DNA from: Lama glama | Lineage: Eukaryota | DNA: 64,000 nt | Assembly: GCA_028534125.1 (NCBI GenBank) | Contig: CM052816.1 | Span: 42,286,001 to 42,350,000, forward strand | Direction of reading: 5' to 3' | Part shown: positions 13,030 through 24,429 of the stretch, piece by piece | How the letters are laid out: each line of letters begins with the position of its first letter | Numbering within the stretch: the first letter of the stretch is position 1 | Translations under genes and position numbers: made by a program | The notes under the pieces: generated by a model | The model's database searches: none | The model's input: only the letters and a program-made list of their open reading frames with translations | Told to the model about the DNA's origin: nothing

Positions 13030-13125
13030 TTAAAGGGGTGGAGGGATGGAAATAAGCAGAGAAAGTTCACAGGAGTAAATGCCTTCAGTATGAGTTTCCT
13101 ACAAAGTATTTCACAGGCAGGACAG
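13030..13125 (+). other. Candidate 96-nt plus-strand exon (open in phase 0)
   Basis: ~100-nt pyrimidine tract, ttttaac branch-like site, tatgcag acceptor, CAG|gtaaga donor. Confidence 0.25.
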
Positions 13126-13347
13126 GTAAGAAGGGGATAAGGGACTGAGAGTTATAAAGGGCCATTTGGCTCTCAGATCATATTATCAAAGTTAGACTTT
13201 TGATATAATCTCCCAAGGGGGCTCTACTACAGTCCCACAACATGCAACAATACTAATAGAAGACATTTATCTCACAAAACTAAACATGTGTCCCATTACC
13301 CAATCCATTACCTGATCACACCTGTTGTAGTCTACTATAAAGTCACT

Positions 13348-13432
13348 CATATATATATATGATATGTAGATGATACATATGATACATATGATGTGTATAT
13401 TTATGATATATATACTATTATTTCTGATATAT
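13348..13432. repeat. AT-rich simple repeat (TA/TGATA-like)
   Basis: 'atatatatatatgatatgtagatgatacatatgatacatatgatg...'. Confidence 0.8.
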
Positions 13433-13869
13433 ATTCAATTATTTCTCATTAGTAACAACATTAAACTGCACTGTAATTTTTGTGGGTCAAAAGGGCTAAT
13501 TTGTTATATATAAGTATGTAAGAATATTATTTTATGTTATTCTGTTTAAACACTGCTTCCTTTTTAAATACCAGGAGCCTCAAGAAAAGCAGCAGGAAAG
13601 CCTTTCTAATCCTTGACAGAAGCTGCTAGCAGATTTTAAAAAATGTGTTGAAACACTGAACATGAGTCAGGCTACAGAATTCTGTATCTCACCTTTTATT
13701 CTCTAGCAGCTGTAAACCATTTGTAGTTCTCTAACACGGTGAGCTCTCTCGTGCTCCTGCACGTTATTCCATCTACCTCAAATACTCTTCCCTACTTTGT
13801 CCTTAGTCTCCCTCAAGAGTGAATGAGTTCAATTCCACCTCCTCTGTGACTTTCTTTGATCACTCCCTG

Positions 13870-14815
13870 CAATCATTCACCTGCAATATGCCAGGTACTA
13901 TGCCAAACACTGAGTACGTAACAAGAAAGGAGTGCACCTGCCCTCAAGATGCATGATGCACAGTGGTCCAAAGAGATACGGTGGGAACATTTTGTGATCA
14001 GGGCCAGGAAGAGGGTGAGGGGAAAGTTTCCTGGTGGAGGTAACAGCAGAATCAAAATTGGAAAGATAAGTAGGAATTATCTAAGAGAAGAAAGGATGAT
14101 GGTAGGGCGTTCAAGAGAGAAACTATGATAAAGCAAGGATGGGGAGAAAGAACATGGACTGAGAGGTAAATATGTTACTCAAAGGAGTTTAGACCTTACT
14201 CTTTTCTAGAAAGCAGTGGAGATCCTTCAAAGTTGGAGAATGAGATGATCAGATGTATGTTTTATTTTGGGGGGCTTTTTTTATTGTGGTTAAAAAACAC
14301 ATATAAATTTACCCTCTTAACAATTTTAAGTGTACGTTATAGTATTGTTCAGTATATGCACACTGTTGTCCAAAGATCTCTAGAACTTTTATCTTGCATG
14401 AATTTATACACCCATTGAACCATTTCCTCTTCCCACCAGTCCCTGGCAACCACCATTCTACCATCTGTTTCTATGAGTTTGATTACTTTAGACAACTCAT
14501 CAGATGTATCTTTTAGAAAGTGTAGAGATCAGATTGGCAAGATCAAGACTGGGGCAGTTAGGAGACCTATTTGTAAAGATGATGATGTATGTTCTTAGTG
14601 TGGGAACCAAGGACATGGAAGAGAATTTGAGAGTTTGAGGCAGATGAATAAGTGAGAAGTGACAGGATTGTGGTCCACAAGGGACAGAAAGGAGGCAAGA
14701 AGGAACCCCAGGTTTGTCTGCCTTCTTGCCAGAGTGAACAGTGAGACTTTGACTGAGATCAGGAATACAGGAGGAGGAGTAAGAGGTGACTGGCTGGGTT
14801 TTGAATCTGTTGAAC
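13870..14815 (-). mobile_element. L2 LINE, interrupted by an L1 insertion
   Basis: 'atatgccaggtactatgccaaacactgag...ctgccctcaagatgc' and 'ggaaccccaggtttgtctgccttcttg...actgagatcaggaatacaggaggaggagtaag'. Confidence 0.75.
14265..14498 (-). mobile_element. 5'-truncated L1 (L1MB-like 3' end) with 17-bp TSD
   Basis: Antisense L1 3' UTR ('ccctggcaaccaccattctaccatctgtttctatgagtttg'); TSD atcagatgtat(g/c)tttta at 14248-14264 and 14499-14515. Confidence 0.85.
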
Positions 14816-15324
14816 AGGAGAGGCCTGAGGAGCATTCACGTTGAAAGGTAAGTGCTCGTTCTGTGTGTGCACTACCCTGTTGTGTTACCTTGTATTACCA
14901 TGCTGGACTTGTCTATCTTCTCTCTCTCACTTTCCCCAGACAGGAAGGATTGTTCAATCCAGAAACCTCCCCTTCATGGTGCCTCAACTAACTCATACTC
15001 TTCTGGATGAACAAGGCTCTCCCATGTTTCCTGCCTCATAAAAGCAGTGCTATCTCAGAAGAAATACTCTGCAAGGGCTGAAGTCCATCACCCTTTCCAG
15101 AGAAAGTGAAAACATGGATGAAAAAAGAAAGGCTATTTTCCCTCTATTTTAACAGCACTCATTTTCAAAGGGACAATTGTTTCAGAAGAACTGAGTACTT
15201 TCTAAGGTAAATAAATAGAGTGAAAAACAATCTTGTTTAAGATTCCAACTTATTAATAGAAAACATGTGTAGACTTAAGAATTAAAAATAAATGTCTTTA
15301 AAGATGACCTGGTAAGCTTCTTAC

Positions 15325-15471
15325 CTGCCAGGAACAGAGTGGAAAGCCTCAGAAGGTCTATGTTTTCCCAGAAACAGTAGATTAAACAGAGCTAATGATG
15401 GTCAGAGGCATTAAACCATTAGGATTTATTCCCATATATTTTGGTACTATTTGGGTGAGTTCTGTAATGAA
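15325..15471 (-). other. Candidate 147-nt non-coding or poison exon
   Basis: Acceptor atttcttctcttatttcag, donor CAG|gtaaga; stops in all three frames. Confidence 0.25.
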
Positions 15472-16796
15472 CTGAAATAAGAGAAGAAATCTTGAGACTA
15501 ATTTTGGGCTGTAGAGATTGTGTCTATGATTTTATTCTTCAAAAGAATATTTCTAGTTCCTGCTTTTTTCTCAGCCAATATATTTGGGATGAGCGCCTCT
15601 CATATTTGAAATCTATTTTAATGATCTTGGTTGTGTTGGTACACACAAATATAAATTCATTTTTAGAGAATTTCCTATCATATATACTTTAGTTCAATTG
15701 AGCATTACTAATGAACAGCATAGTTCTTCTTTCAATATTCTTATTCATTCCAAATTAGAGAAGGATTTCTGAAGGTTGTTATGAATCAACATAGCAATTA
15801 CCAGCAACAGAACGTCTCCAAATGGATTGTAGTGAGGGGCAGACCCAGAGGTAATTTCTCTTGCAGAAGAGAAATTGATGTTGTCCTCTGCGTTCATTGA
15901 CTTGTCTGGTTTTCATATGACAAAACAGATGACTGAGTCAGTGTCTCCTTTCTCTAAGGGACTCTACATGATCATGGTCAGAAACTCAGCAAAGGAAAAT
16001 CTTCCCCAGGTTTATAAGGGTGAGCTGATAGGATACCATGGTGACTCACTTCAAAGGTGTTGCCTATTTTCAAACAACAGCTGAGAGACCTTGCTGTTCC
16101 CTGAACTTGGGAGGCCAGTTCTAGCACATGCACAAATTCGGCTTGCCGTATGAGCAAAAGTGAGATCATACGGGTTGATGCTGGCAGAGTCTCTGTGAGT
16201 GCAGTAATTCATGCTGTCAGTTACTATCAGCTGCAATTTGCTTCTGGATTGGTTCCTGTGGGCACTCATGTGAGCATTCTGCACAAAGGACCAGAGTGCA
16301 ATATTCCCTTGGATTTCAGGGATTTAGTGCAGTTTCAACATATAATCAAAAGTGCCACGTAGTTCACCACCCCGCATTTTGTTTTAAAGAGACAGGGCTT
16401 AAAATTGGACTCCTTTCTTCTCTATGAAAATAGGAAGTTGATGGCAATTTGGAACTTATCTTTAGAGCAATCTGTTGGTGCTTCAGCGGAATCTACCCTG
16501 TTGGAAGTGTAGTTTTTTTTTTTAACCAAATGTGATTCCACTGTCTCCATAATAATAATAATAATCAAACATTTGCTTAACCACACAACTTCACTTCTTA
16601 GATTCAACTCACATATGTGACCAACTCTTAATTACTATAGGGCAAATGCACTGGAAAATGAGAAGTTCCTTTGAATTGTAAGTATTGTAATAGCATACTA
16701 CTCCAAATTTAGTACAATTTTCAAAAAGTTCTACAGCAGAGAAGTTTGGACACTGCAACCCTAAGTTTAAAGGCACATCACTAAAGAATCTCTGCA

Positions 16797-17622
16797 TGGT
16801 ATTGGTACCAAAACAGACATATAGACCAACGGAACAGAATAGAGAGCCCAGAAATGAACCCACAAACTTTTGGTCAACTCATCTTCGACAAAGGAGGCAA
16901 GAATATACAATGGAATAAAGAGAGTCTCTTCAGCAAATGGTGNNNNNNNNNNNNNNNNNNNNNNNNNNNNNNNNNNNNNNNNNNNNNNNNNNNNNNNNNN
17001 NNNNNNNNNNNNNNNNNNNNNNNNNNNNNNNNNNNNNNNNNNNNNNNNNNNNNNNNNNNNNNNNNNNNNNNNNNNNNNNNNNNNNNNNNNNNNNNNNNNN
17101 NNNNNNNNNNNNNNNNNNNNNNNNNNNNNNNNNNNNNNNNNNNNNNNNNNNNNNNNNNNNNNNNNNNNNNNNNNNNNNNNNNNNNNNNNNNNNNNNNNNN
17201 NNNNNNNNNNNNNNNNNNNNNNNNNNNNNNNNNNNNNNNNNNNNNNNNNNNNNNNNNNNNNNNNNNNNNNNNNNNNNNNNNNNNNNNNNNNNNNNNNNNN
17301 NNNNNNNNNNNNNNNNNNNNNNNNNNNNNNNNNNNNNNNNNNNNNNNNNNNNNNNNNNNNNNNNNNNNNNNNNNNNNNNNNNNNNNNNNNNNNNNNNNNN
17401 NNNNNNNNNNNNNNNNNNNNNNNNNNNNNNNNNNNNNNNNNNTAAATCACAGAGAAAAAAATGTGACAATGAGTGTGTATATGTCCATGAATGACTGAAA
17501 AATTGTGCTGAACACTGGAATTTGACACAACACTGTAAAATGATTATGAATCAATAAAAAATGTAAAAAAAATAAAAAAATAAAAAGTAAAAAAATAAAA
17601 AAAATCAATACTAAAAAGAAAA
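16797..17622 (+). mobile_element. Young 5'-truncated camelid-type L1 spanning the assembly gap, perfect 14-bp TSD
   Basis: ORF2 peptide [48 protein letters not shown]; 3' UTR and A-rich tail 17443-17622; TSD aaagaatctctgca at 16783-16796 and 17623-17636. Confidence 0.92.
16943..17442. other. Assembly gap (500 N)
   Basis: Run of exactly 500 n. Confidence 0.99.
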
Positions 17623-18024
17623 AAAGAATCTCTGCAAAACAATATAATTTCACTAAGTTCCAAGTAACTTTCCAATGTCAATAGTACTCTTGCTACCAGT
17701 CTATCTACAAGTCTCCTTCTATTTAATTAATGCTTGCTACTGAGAATTCATGGGATTCAGGCTTAAGGAGCAATCCAGATCAGAAGGGGCTCAGGAGCAA
17801 GGAAAAGACAGTCCTCACATCTGAGAAATAGTAGTTTAGTTTCACTCAGAAAAGCGAAAAGTATGTCAAAATCACAAGTGTCACTGTCAACAATATATAT
17901 ATTCTTTCATATTAATTCATGATCTCTTGAGTGTTTCCAGTTGAAAAATTGCTTCCATATTGCATCAAGTTCAAAAATCCTCCAATTCTTGGCATCTTAC
18001 TTGATTAAGAATTTATGTTTGCTA

Positions 18025-18150
18025 TCAACCTTCCCCTGTCACTAGAATATAGACCGAATGAGGGCAGGGACTTCTGTCCGTTCACTGAAGCATTCTCAGT
18101 GCTAGATCAGCAGACAGGTGTCAAATAGAAGCTCATAAGGAAATAAATTC
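18025..18150 (+). mobile_element. L2 3' terminus
   Basis: 'actagaatatagaccgaatgagggcagggacttctgtccgttcactg...tctcagtgctaga'. Confidence 0.7.
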
Positions 18151-18349
18151 TGTACTCTTAGAACTGGCATAAACTTTTTAAAATTAATCAGGATATGTTA
18201 GAAGACATTCACAAAAGTGTGAGAAAACCAACATATCTCTGAACTTGTTGCTGTCGGTGACTAGAAGCATCATGCCAGTCTAACCATTAAAACATAAACA
18301 AGCATGGCGGCTGGGTGAAGTGCTAACACACTGATCCACAGACAGTTAC

Positions 18350-18655
18350 ATCTTGTCATTCAGGTCTCAGTGCCAATGTCCTTCTTCAGAGAGGACATCA
18401 TTGACCATCCCTGGATAAGGTTACCCCAATCACTTTCTATCACATTGCCCTGCTTGTCATCTTCATTACATGTCTATCTCTTTGAGACTGTCTTTGTCAT
18501 TTCTATGTTAACTAGTTTATTTTCAGTTCTCCTCCTCTAGATGATAGTCTCCATAAGAACAGGGACTTTTATGTCTTGTTCAGGGCTTTACACCTCCAGA
18601 ACCTAGATGAGTACTTGGCATTCAGCAGGTGTTCAATAGTTTTTTTTTAATGAAT
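18350..18655 (+). mobile_element. L2 3' region
   Basis: 'cattcaggtctcagtgccaatgtccttcttcagagagg...ctccagaacctaga...ttggcattcagcaggtgttcaata...aatgaat'. Confidence 0.8.
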
Positions 18656-19894
18656 GTGCAGCAAAGAACCTCAGAATTAAATCATCTTGGACAGTACGAT
18701 GGTTTCACTGGCACTCGTTGCCCAGGAAAAAAAATAAAAGGACTGGAAACTCCTTGCATGTCACCTGAAGTTCATAGGTACCAGTAGGCTCTTCTCACCA
18801 ACCGGAGTCCTAAACAATGAAAAACCACTATTGTCTACTGTACTGGCTTAATTCACTCAGCTGTGCTATTTCATAATTGGTTTCTACTATATTTTCTGAG
18901 TATTATTGTTAGAGTACTAATAATAAAAGTAAGTAAAGTCTATGTCTTATACAGTTAAAATGCTTATGTTGACTTTCTTCTGGTTTGATACATAAAAAGA
19001 TATCTGAAGCTAAGTAATTTTTCATATACATTGAAAAGACAAGTCAAAATGTGTTACAGCCTATTGACTTGATATCAGTTTTCCTAAATAAATGTGAAAT
19101 TAATAGTAAAGAATTGATTGAGGAGGATAGTTTTTTTAATTTATTAAAAGCCAAAAAAATTTAAATATATACTCTAGTGAAATGTTAGAGTACCATACAC
19201 CCCATTTGGGGATGAACTATATGGGTTGTATATGGTCAGATCCCATTAATTCTACAGCAGCAATATGGAATCACAGTTTTACTCCTTTTGATTGGCTAGA
19301 AAAGAGAAGATTAAGATTACAAATCATGAGCCAGAAGCTATACAAAGAGAGAGAGAGAGAAATTGTATTACCTCTAAAAATCCTTAAATTAGACCCCTCC
19401 AAAAAAAGTTCCAATATTAAACTATAACTAGAGAGGAAAACCTGCCAAATTAAAATTATAACCTGTGTCCAAACATTAAACCTTTATAATCCAATGAGTA
19501 CAAGACTTGCCATACAGATGATTCTGACTTGGCTCTCCTTTCCATTCTAAGCAAGGGGAAGAGGGATCTGTGAGAAGTGTACAGAGGGCTGAATGACTGC
19601 CACACCCAGCATAGCACCTTGTTCACAGTTTCTCAACAAATGCCTGTGGAAAGATTGTTTGACAGACTATGTACACTGGAGGATATTCTTCATAGCAATA
19701 ACTTGACCTAGGAGTGTATGGTCCAGAAACAATTAGAACTGGAATTCATTTAGTGGAATAGAACCAAATGCTCAGAGCAGAGAAAACTGGTAAGTTTAGG
19801 CAGCCTGAAGAGCTCCTGGGAATCTCAAAATCTCTCTGCATGACTTTCTCTGTGTTGTATTTGATACGGTGCCCTTTATCCAGATTCTCTGGAG

Positions 19895-20115
19895 TGACTC
19901 TCTTCCATGAGATTTGGAGTAAAAAGTCTGGGTTCAAGATGAATCACTTAGTAGGTATGTGACTTAACATTTTTTTTACTCTCTGAGACTTAGATTCCTA
20001 AACTATTTACAACTAAAATAGTAACACTTAACATAGTTTCTGATGTTCAAAAGAGCAACTTATATGAAGCATTTTTCATACTGTAAAATGTTCATACAAT
20101 GAAAATTACTATCCC
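19895..20115 (+). mobile_element. MIR SINE (degraded)
   Basis: 'ttggagtaaaaagtctgggttcaag...cacttagtaggtatgtgacttaac...ctctgagacttagattcc'. Confidence 0.6.
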
Positions 20116-20559
20116 ATGTACCAAAAAGTTACCAATATCCTTCAGATACTGTAATAATCTCTATCTGTTCTAGACATATTTTTAGAATTTCTGGTATTAG
20201 TATTTGAGGCTATTCCAGTTAGGCTGTTGAATTACCTATTATACTCAACCATTACACTTCTGAGTTCTAATTAAATTCCTTGTAAATACCATTATTCTGG
20301 TGACAATTTTTCTGGTACTTTTTTGCAAATTGTCTATGTTGTATATCACGGTACAGAAAACCTTTGACATTCATGAGGACTATACCCTAGATCCTTGTGA
20401 AATTCCACAACTGCAAATAATATGGCACAGAATTCCTACTCTTTTAGATGCTGCAATATATCCAACTTAACATCTCACTCGTTTTAGTTCTGGTGCAATA
20501 GGACTTCATCAATTTTTGTGGCAACCTTGAATCTTTTGAACATCTTTCCTGAGTTTGAA

Positions 20560-21037
20560 AAGTCTAAATTTTTTTTGTTACATTCCCACAAAGCAGAAGA
20601 CAGAAACTCACTTTCCCAATGAAAGCACATATCTATATCACTACCACTATCAATAAGAAACACTCACACACAACTTGGATTATAAGAGAACATTGTGGAT
20701 TCATAAGCAGGATCTAAAATTCATTCTCTGGTGAGTATAGTGGCATAGGTACCCAGCATTTTAGAGCAGTAGTGGTAGAAATTCTGACATCTGTTGACCA
20801 GAATCAGCAGCGGGAGTTATGGTGTCTGTGTCCAGGGATGGTGGCACTGGGGCTTTTGCTGGAGCAATCAGTAGTGTCCTTCAAGCACTGTCCCAGAATG
20901 CATAGCCTCTAAGCCTGATTCCTTGGCTCTCCCAGAGAATCTATGAACAATGCAATATCCTATAATGGATTCCTTTTCTGTTTAAATGAACTAAAAAGGG
21001 ATCTATTATTTGCAGCTTAGGATACTGATCAATATAT
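20560..21037 (+). mobile_element. ERVL LTR (LTR33/LTR16-like)
   Basis: 3' end 'aatatcctataatggattccttttctgtttaaatgaactaaaaagggatctattatttgcagcttaggatactgatcaatata' is typical of old ERVL LTRs. Confidence 0.6.
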
Positions 21038-21796
21038 CTGACTATGAATTATTATTCTCTGTGTTTTTAAACTTATTCTGAAATACTTAAGACATGCACA
21101 AAGGCCATTTCTTTCTTAGTCCTAGAACTTTCCCATAAACACCCATCACTAGAAGAGGCAGCTGGCCTTCTTTTTTTGCATAGATGTTCTCTTCACAAGC
21201 ACAGAGATGGAGGGCAATGGATCGGTGTCGGTACTCATTCACTTCCTATGAAATTTGCTCCCACACCCTAGCTTCATGCTTGTAATCTACACATTAGATA
21301 AACTGCATATTACCACACACCATATGTATCAGGGATCACTAATCAATAATCTAGAATGTTATATTAAATAATCTCAATGGTCTAGACCACTTATAGGAAG
21401 CCTACAGTTACATGTATTAGTTTCTTGAAATCTGCATTTGTGTATGAGGATGAGAAGTTTGGGCTTTGCACAGTCCAGTTTCCTGTCTACACTGTTCAAT
21501 CACTATTCAATCAAAAATCAACATGATTGCCAATGCTACTCTTCAATTAAACTATCTAGATTGTAATATTCAATAGATGTTATTCTATTTTTCAAAATAA
21601 AATTAATTATAAATTCAGTCATTTTAAAACATAATTATAACTCAGAAGATTTCCCTTCTAAGAGAAGATACTTGTATGAAGCATTTAACAAATCATTGGC
21701 TTCAATGGCCCCTGGATCCTGTCAGAGCAGAGAGAACACAAAAATTGGGATATGACGTGGAGGACACACACTGCTGTAGGGATAAGCAGATGCATC

Positions 21797-22820
21797 CCTG
21801 AGCTGAAGCAGGCTCAATCTGGCCCAAGAGAGCTGACTGTCAGAGTTTCAGGGATTTTTCAAATCACTTGTTAAACATTGCCTATTTAAAAAATTAAACT
21901 AAAGAAACTTCCAACTAAATTCATTATATTAAAAATATAGGTCCTAAATCCTCAAAAATGTATTAAAATAAAGATCATAAATACTCAAAATTCATCATTT
22001 CCTAATTATTTTACTATATTTACTGTTATCTATGCTCTTTTAAAAATGTTTCTTTTTTTCTTTTTTTATTGAAGTACAGACAATTTACAATATCTATGCT
22101 CTTGAGGTGACTTAACATGTATTGTATCTGAACTGGAGAAAATACTATGTCATGGTATGTCATTGCCCATTACTTGCCAAGTGCATGTTCAGTTGACCCC
22201 ATGCTGGAAGTATTTACACAATGGGAGTTGGCAAAAGCTACCAATTGGGGCTTGATTTATTGTTTTGTTAATTGTCTAGGTTTAAGAAAGTGATGAAAAT
22301 GTTAATAACAAATAATGCAAGAGAGAAAATGTTAATAATGTGGGTTAAACTTAAAAGTGTGCCCTATTTGTAGTTATCACTTTGTAAATAACTAAAACAA
22401 AAACAAAAACTAAAACAAAACTAAAACCATTTCAGGAATTACTCTTCTAGTATTCAAAAACTATTAGCTAATTCAGCAAAGAAGTCATCATACCACTGAC
22501 AAACAAGTGAAGTTCTGACAGTTGTCATCACTGATTTTTGTTTTACTTGTTAACTTAAATGAAAAAGCAACTGACGTTCATGTCAGAGCTATGGTCTTTC
22601 ATCAACTGCAAACACAAGTTGGCTAATATAGTAGTTCAGCAAAATCAATAAAAGCAGTCTGTGAGAATCAATCAGCTATATGAAATATACAGTAAAGATT
22701 ATCTATATTTTGCTACTCGTAAATTGTGTGCTATACATCCTTCACATCAGAAAAGTTTATAATAAATGTATGTACATACATAGGGATTTTTTTTTCCTTT
22801 ACCAGCACAGCACACCACTA
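21797..22820. mobile_element. MER63C/D-like hAT-Blackjack DNA transposon
   Basis: 'ggggcttgatttattgttttgttaattgtctaggtttaagaaagtgatg', 'ttcagcaaagaagtc', terminal 'tttaccagcacagcacaccacta'. Confidence 0.85.
22040..22090 (-). mobile_element. Extremely truncated L1 tail with 13-bp TSD
   Basis: Poly-T plus 'tattgaagtacagacaatttacaa'; TSD tatctatgctctt at 22027-22039 and 22091-22103. Confidence 0.85.
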
Positions 22821-23714
22821 GGTAGATGGGAAGTTATTCAGCAGGGAAAATAGGAAGAAATTATATACCCTAAGAGTACTTAAAAAAAAAAAGAAAAAAG
22901 GAAGGGAGGGAGACAGAAAGAGAGGGCAGACTTGAGACACAAATGAAAATAACAAATACAATTCATTTTTACATTATGTAACATTTTAAAGTTCTTAGCA
23001 CATTTCCATATAGACTTTCTTGGTTTAAAAGCTGTCTTTAGTCCATGTCTATCCCTCTCCACCCATATATCCTCCCCAGTAAAGGGTGCTCAGCCCAGCT
23101 GTGGCTCAGGTTTCTGCTCTAACCTCCTTCTCCATTCCATTTGTCTTCTCTTATCTCCAACTTGAAGACACTATCTCTTTTGCAAATGGGAAAAAAGACC
23201 AAGGAATTCGCTGAACTGTCAGACTCTACCACTGATTTTTCCTTTCCTATCCCCACTTACCTGACCCCGCTCACCTTCTCCTCAGCCACTTGTAATCTCC
23301 TCAAAAGCAAAGTATTTATAAATATAACCATAAATAATAGCATCTGCAATTCAGAACCATGTATACATCTCTTCCTAGAATTGCCATTCCTTATGTTCCA
23401 CCCTACCACCAAAGCTGCCCATCAATTTTCCCTCCCCTTCCCTCAGCCTGCCTCATGCCAGGTCCTGGACCATTCCAGAATTCCCTTTATTGGCCACTAA
23501 GATTCCTAGTACTTCTGCCTAATTCACAGACTCAGTACAAGAAGAGAAAGCAAAAAGGAAGATCTTAGATTGAGGCTTATAGTACTTATTCACATTCTCA
23601 GCCATCTCAAAGTGTAACTGTAACCAGGTAAAATTACTTTTTTTTTTTTCCAGTTTATTCTCTCTGCACACTGTCTCACCTTCTGGTTGATCATGCTCTT
23701 CACTAAAACGACTT

Positions 23715-23815
23715 CCGGACTATTGGAGGGCAGAGACCACATCTGCCTCGTTCTCTTCCATATCCCCATCGCCCAGCACGAACTGGGGATGCAGTAATGA
23801 TTTACAGACGAATTG
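23715..23815 (+). mobile_element. L2 3' terminus
   Basis: 'ttggagggcagagaccacatctgcctcgttc...tatccccatcgcccagcac'. Confidence 0.65.
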
Positions 23816-24174
23816 TCACCAATCAGTCCACCATCTTCCTGATCTGATTTTGCAATGCCTCCTCCAGCAAATCTTGTCCTCATGGGTTCTATTGTTTCAG
23901 ATTCTGCTAGATGATGGGTTAGCCAGACCAATTATCCAGACTGGAGTCAAAATAAGGCTGTACCCAGAATACAGCTTCATTTTAACCCAAAGGAAAAGTG
24001 GACTTCAGCTCTTTCCCTTTTATGTCACTTGACATTTTCTATTTTATATTTATAGGTAACTATGTCTCATTTTCCACACATCAGTCAGCAAAGGACTCAC
24101 TGGTACTTATTTTTCTATCTTCTACATGTTTCCTACATAAGTATACTCAAAACATTTTATCAACTGAGTAAATT

Positions 24175-24232
24175 ATATATATATGTGTGTGTGTGTGTAC
24201 ACATATATATGCATATCATTGATAGATATATA
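24175..24232. repeat. (TA)n(TG)n compound microsatellite
   Basis: 'atatatatatgtgtgtgtgtgtgtacacatatatat'. Confidence 0.85.
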
Positions 24233-24429
24233 GATTAAAAGGCTAAAAAGGACAAAATTAATGGGGGGGGAATAGCATTTCTAATAGAGCAACCTACTGT
24301 CCCCACACTTAAGGCTAGTCCTACCCACACTGGGCCTCCCAGGCAGGGAGGGCAGAAGGCATGGAAGAAAGGGTGCTGACTCAGTCTCCCAAATACCCAG
24401 AAAAATATAAGAATGGTCTGCATCCTCTC

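Noticed and set aside
16767..17528. Longest ORFs in the track (179-253 aa)
   Set aside because: Artefacts of translating through the 500-N gap; the real part is L1 ORF2.
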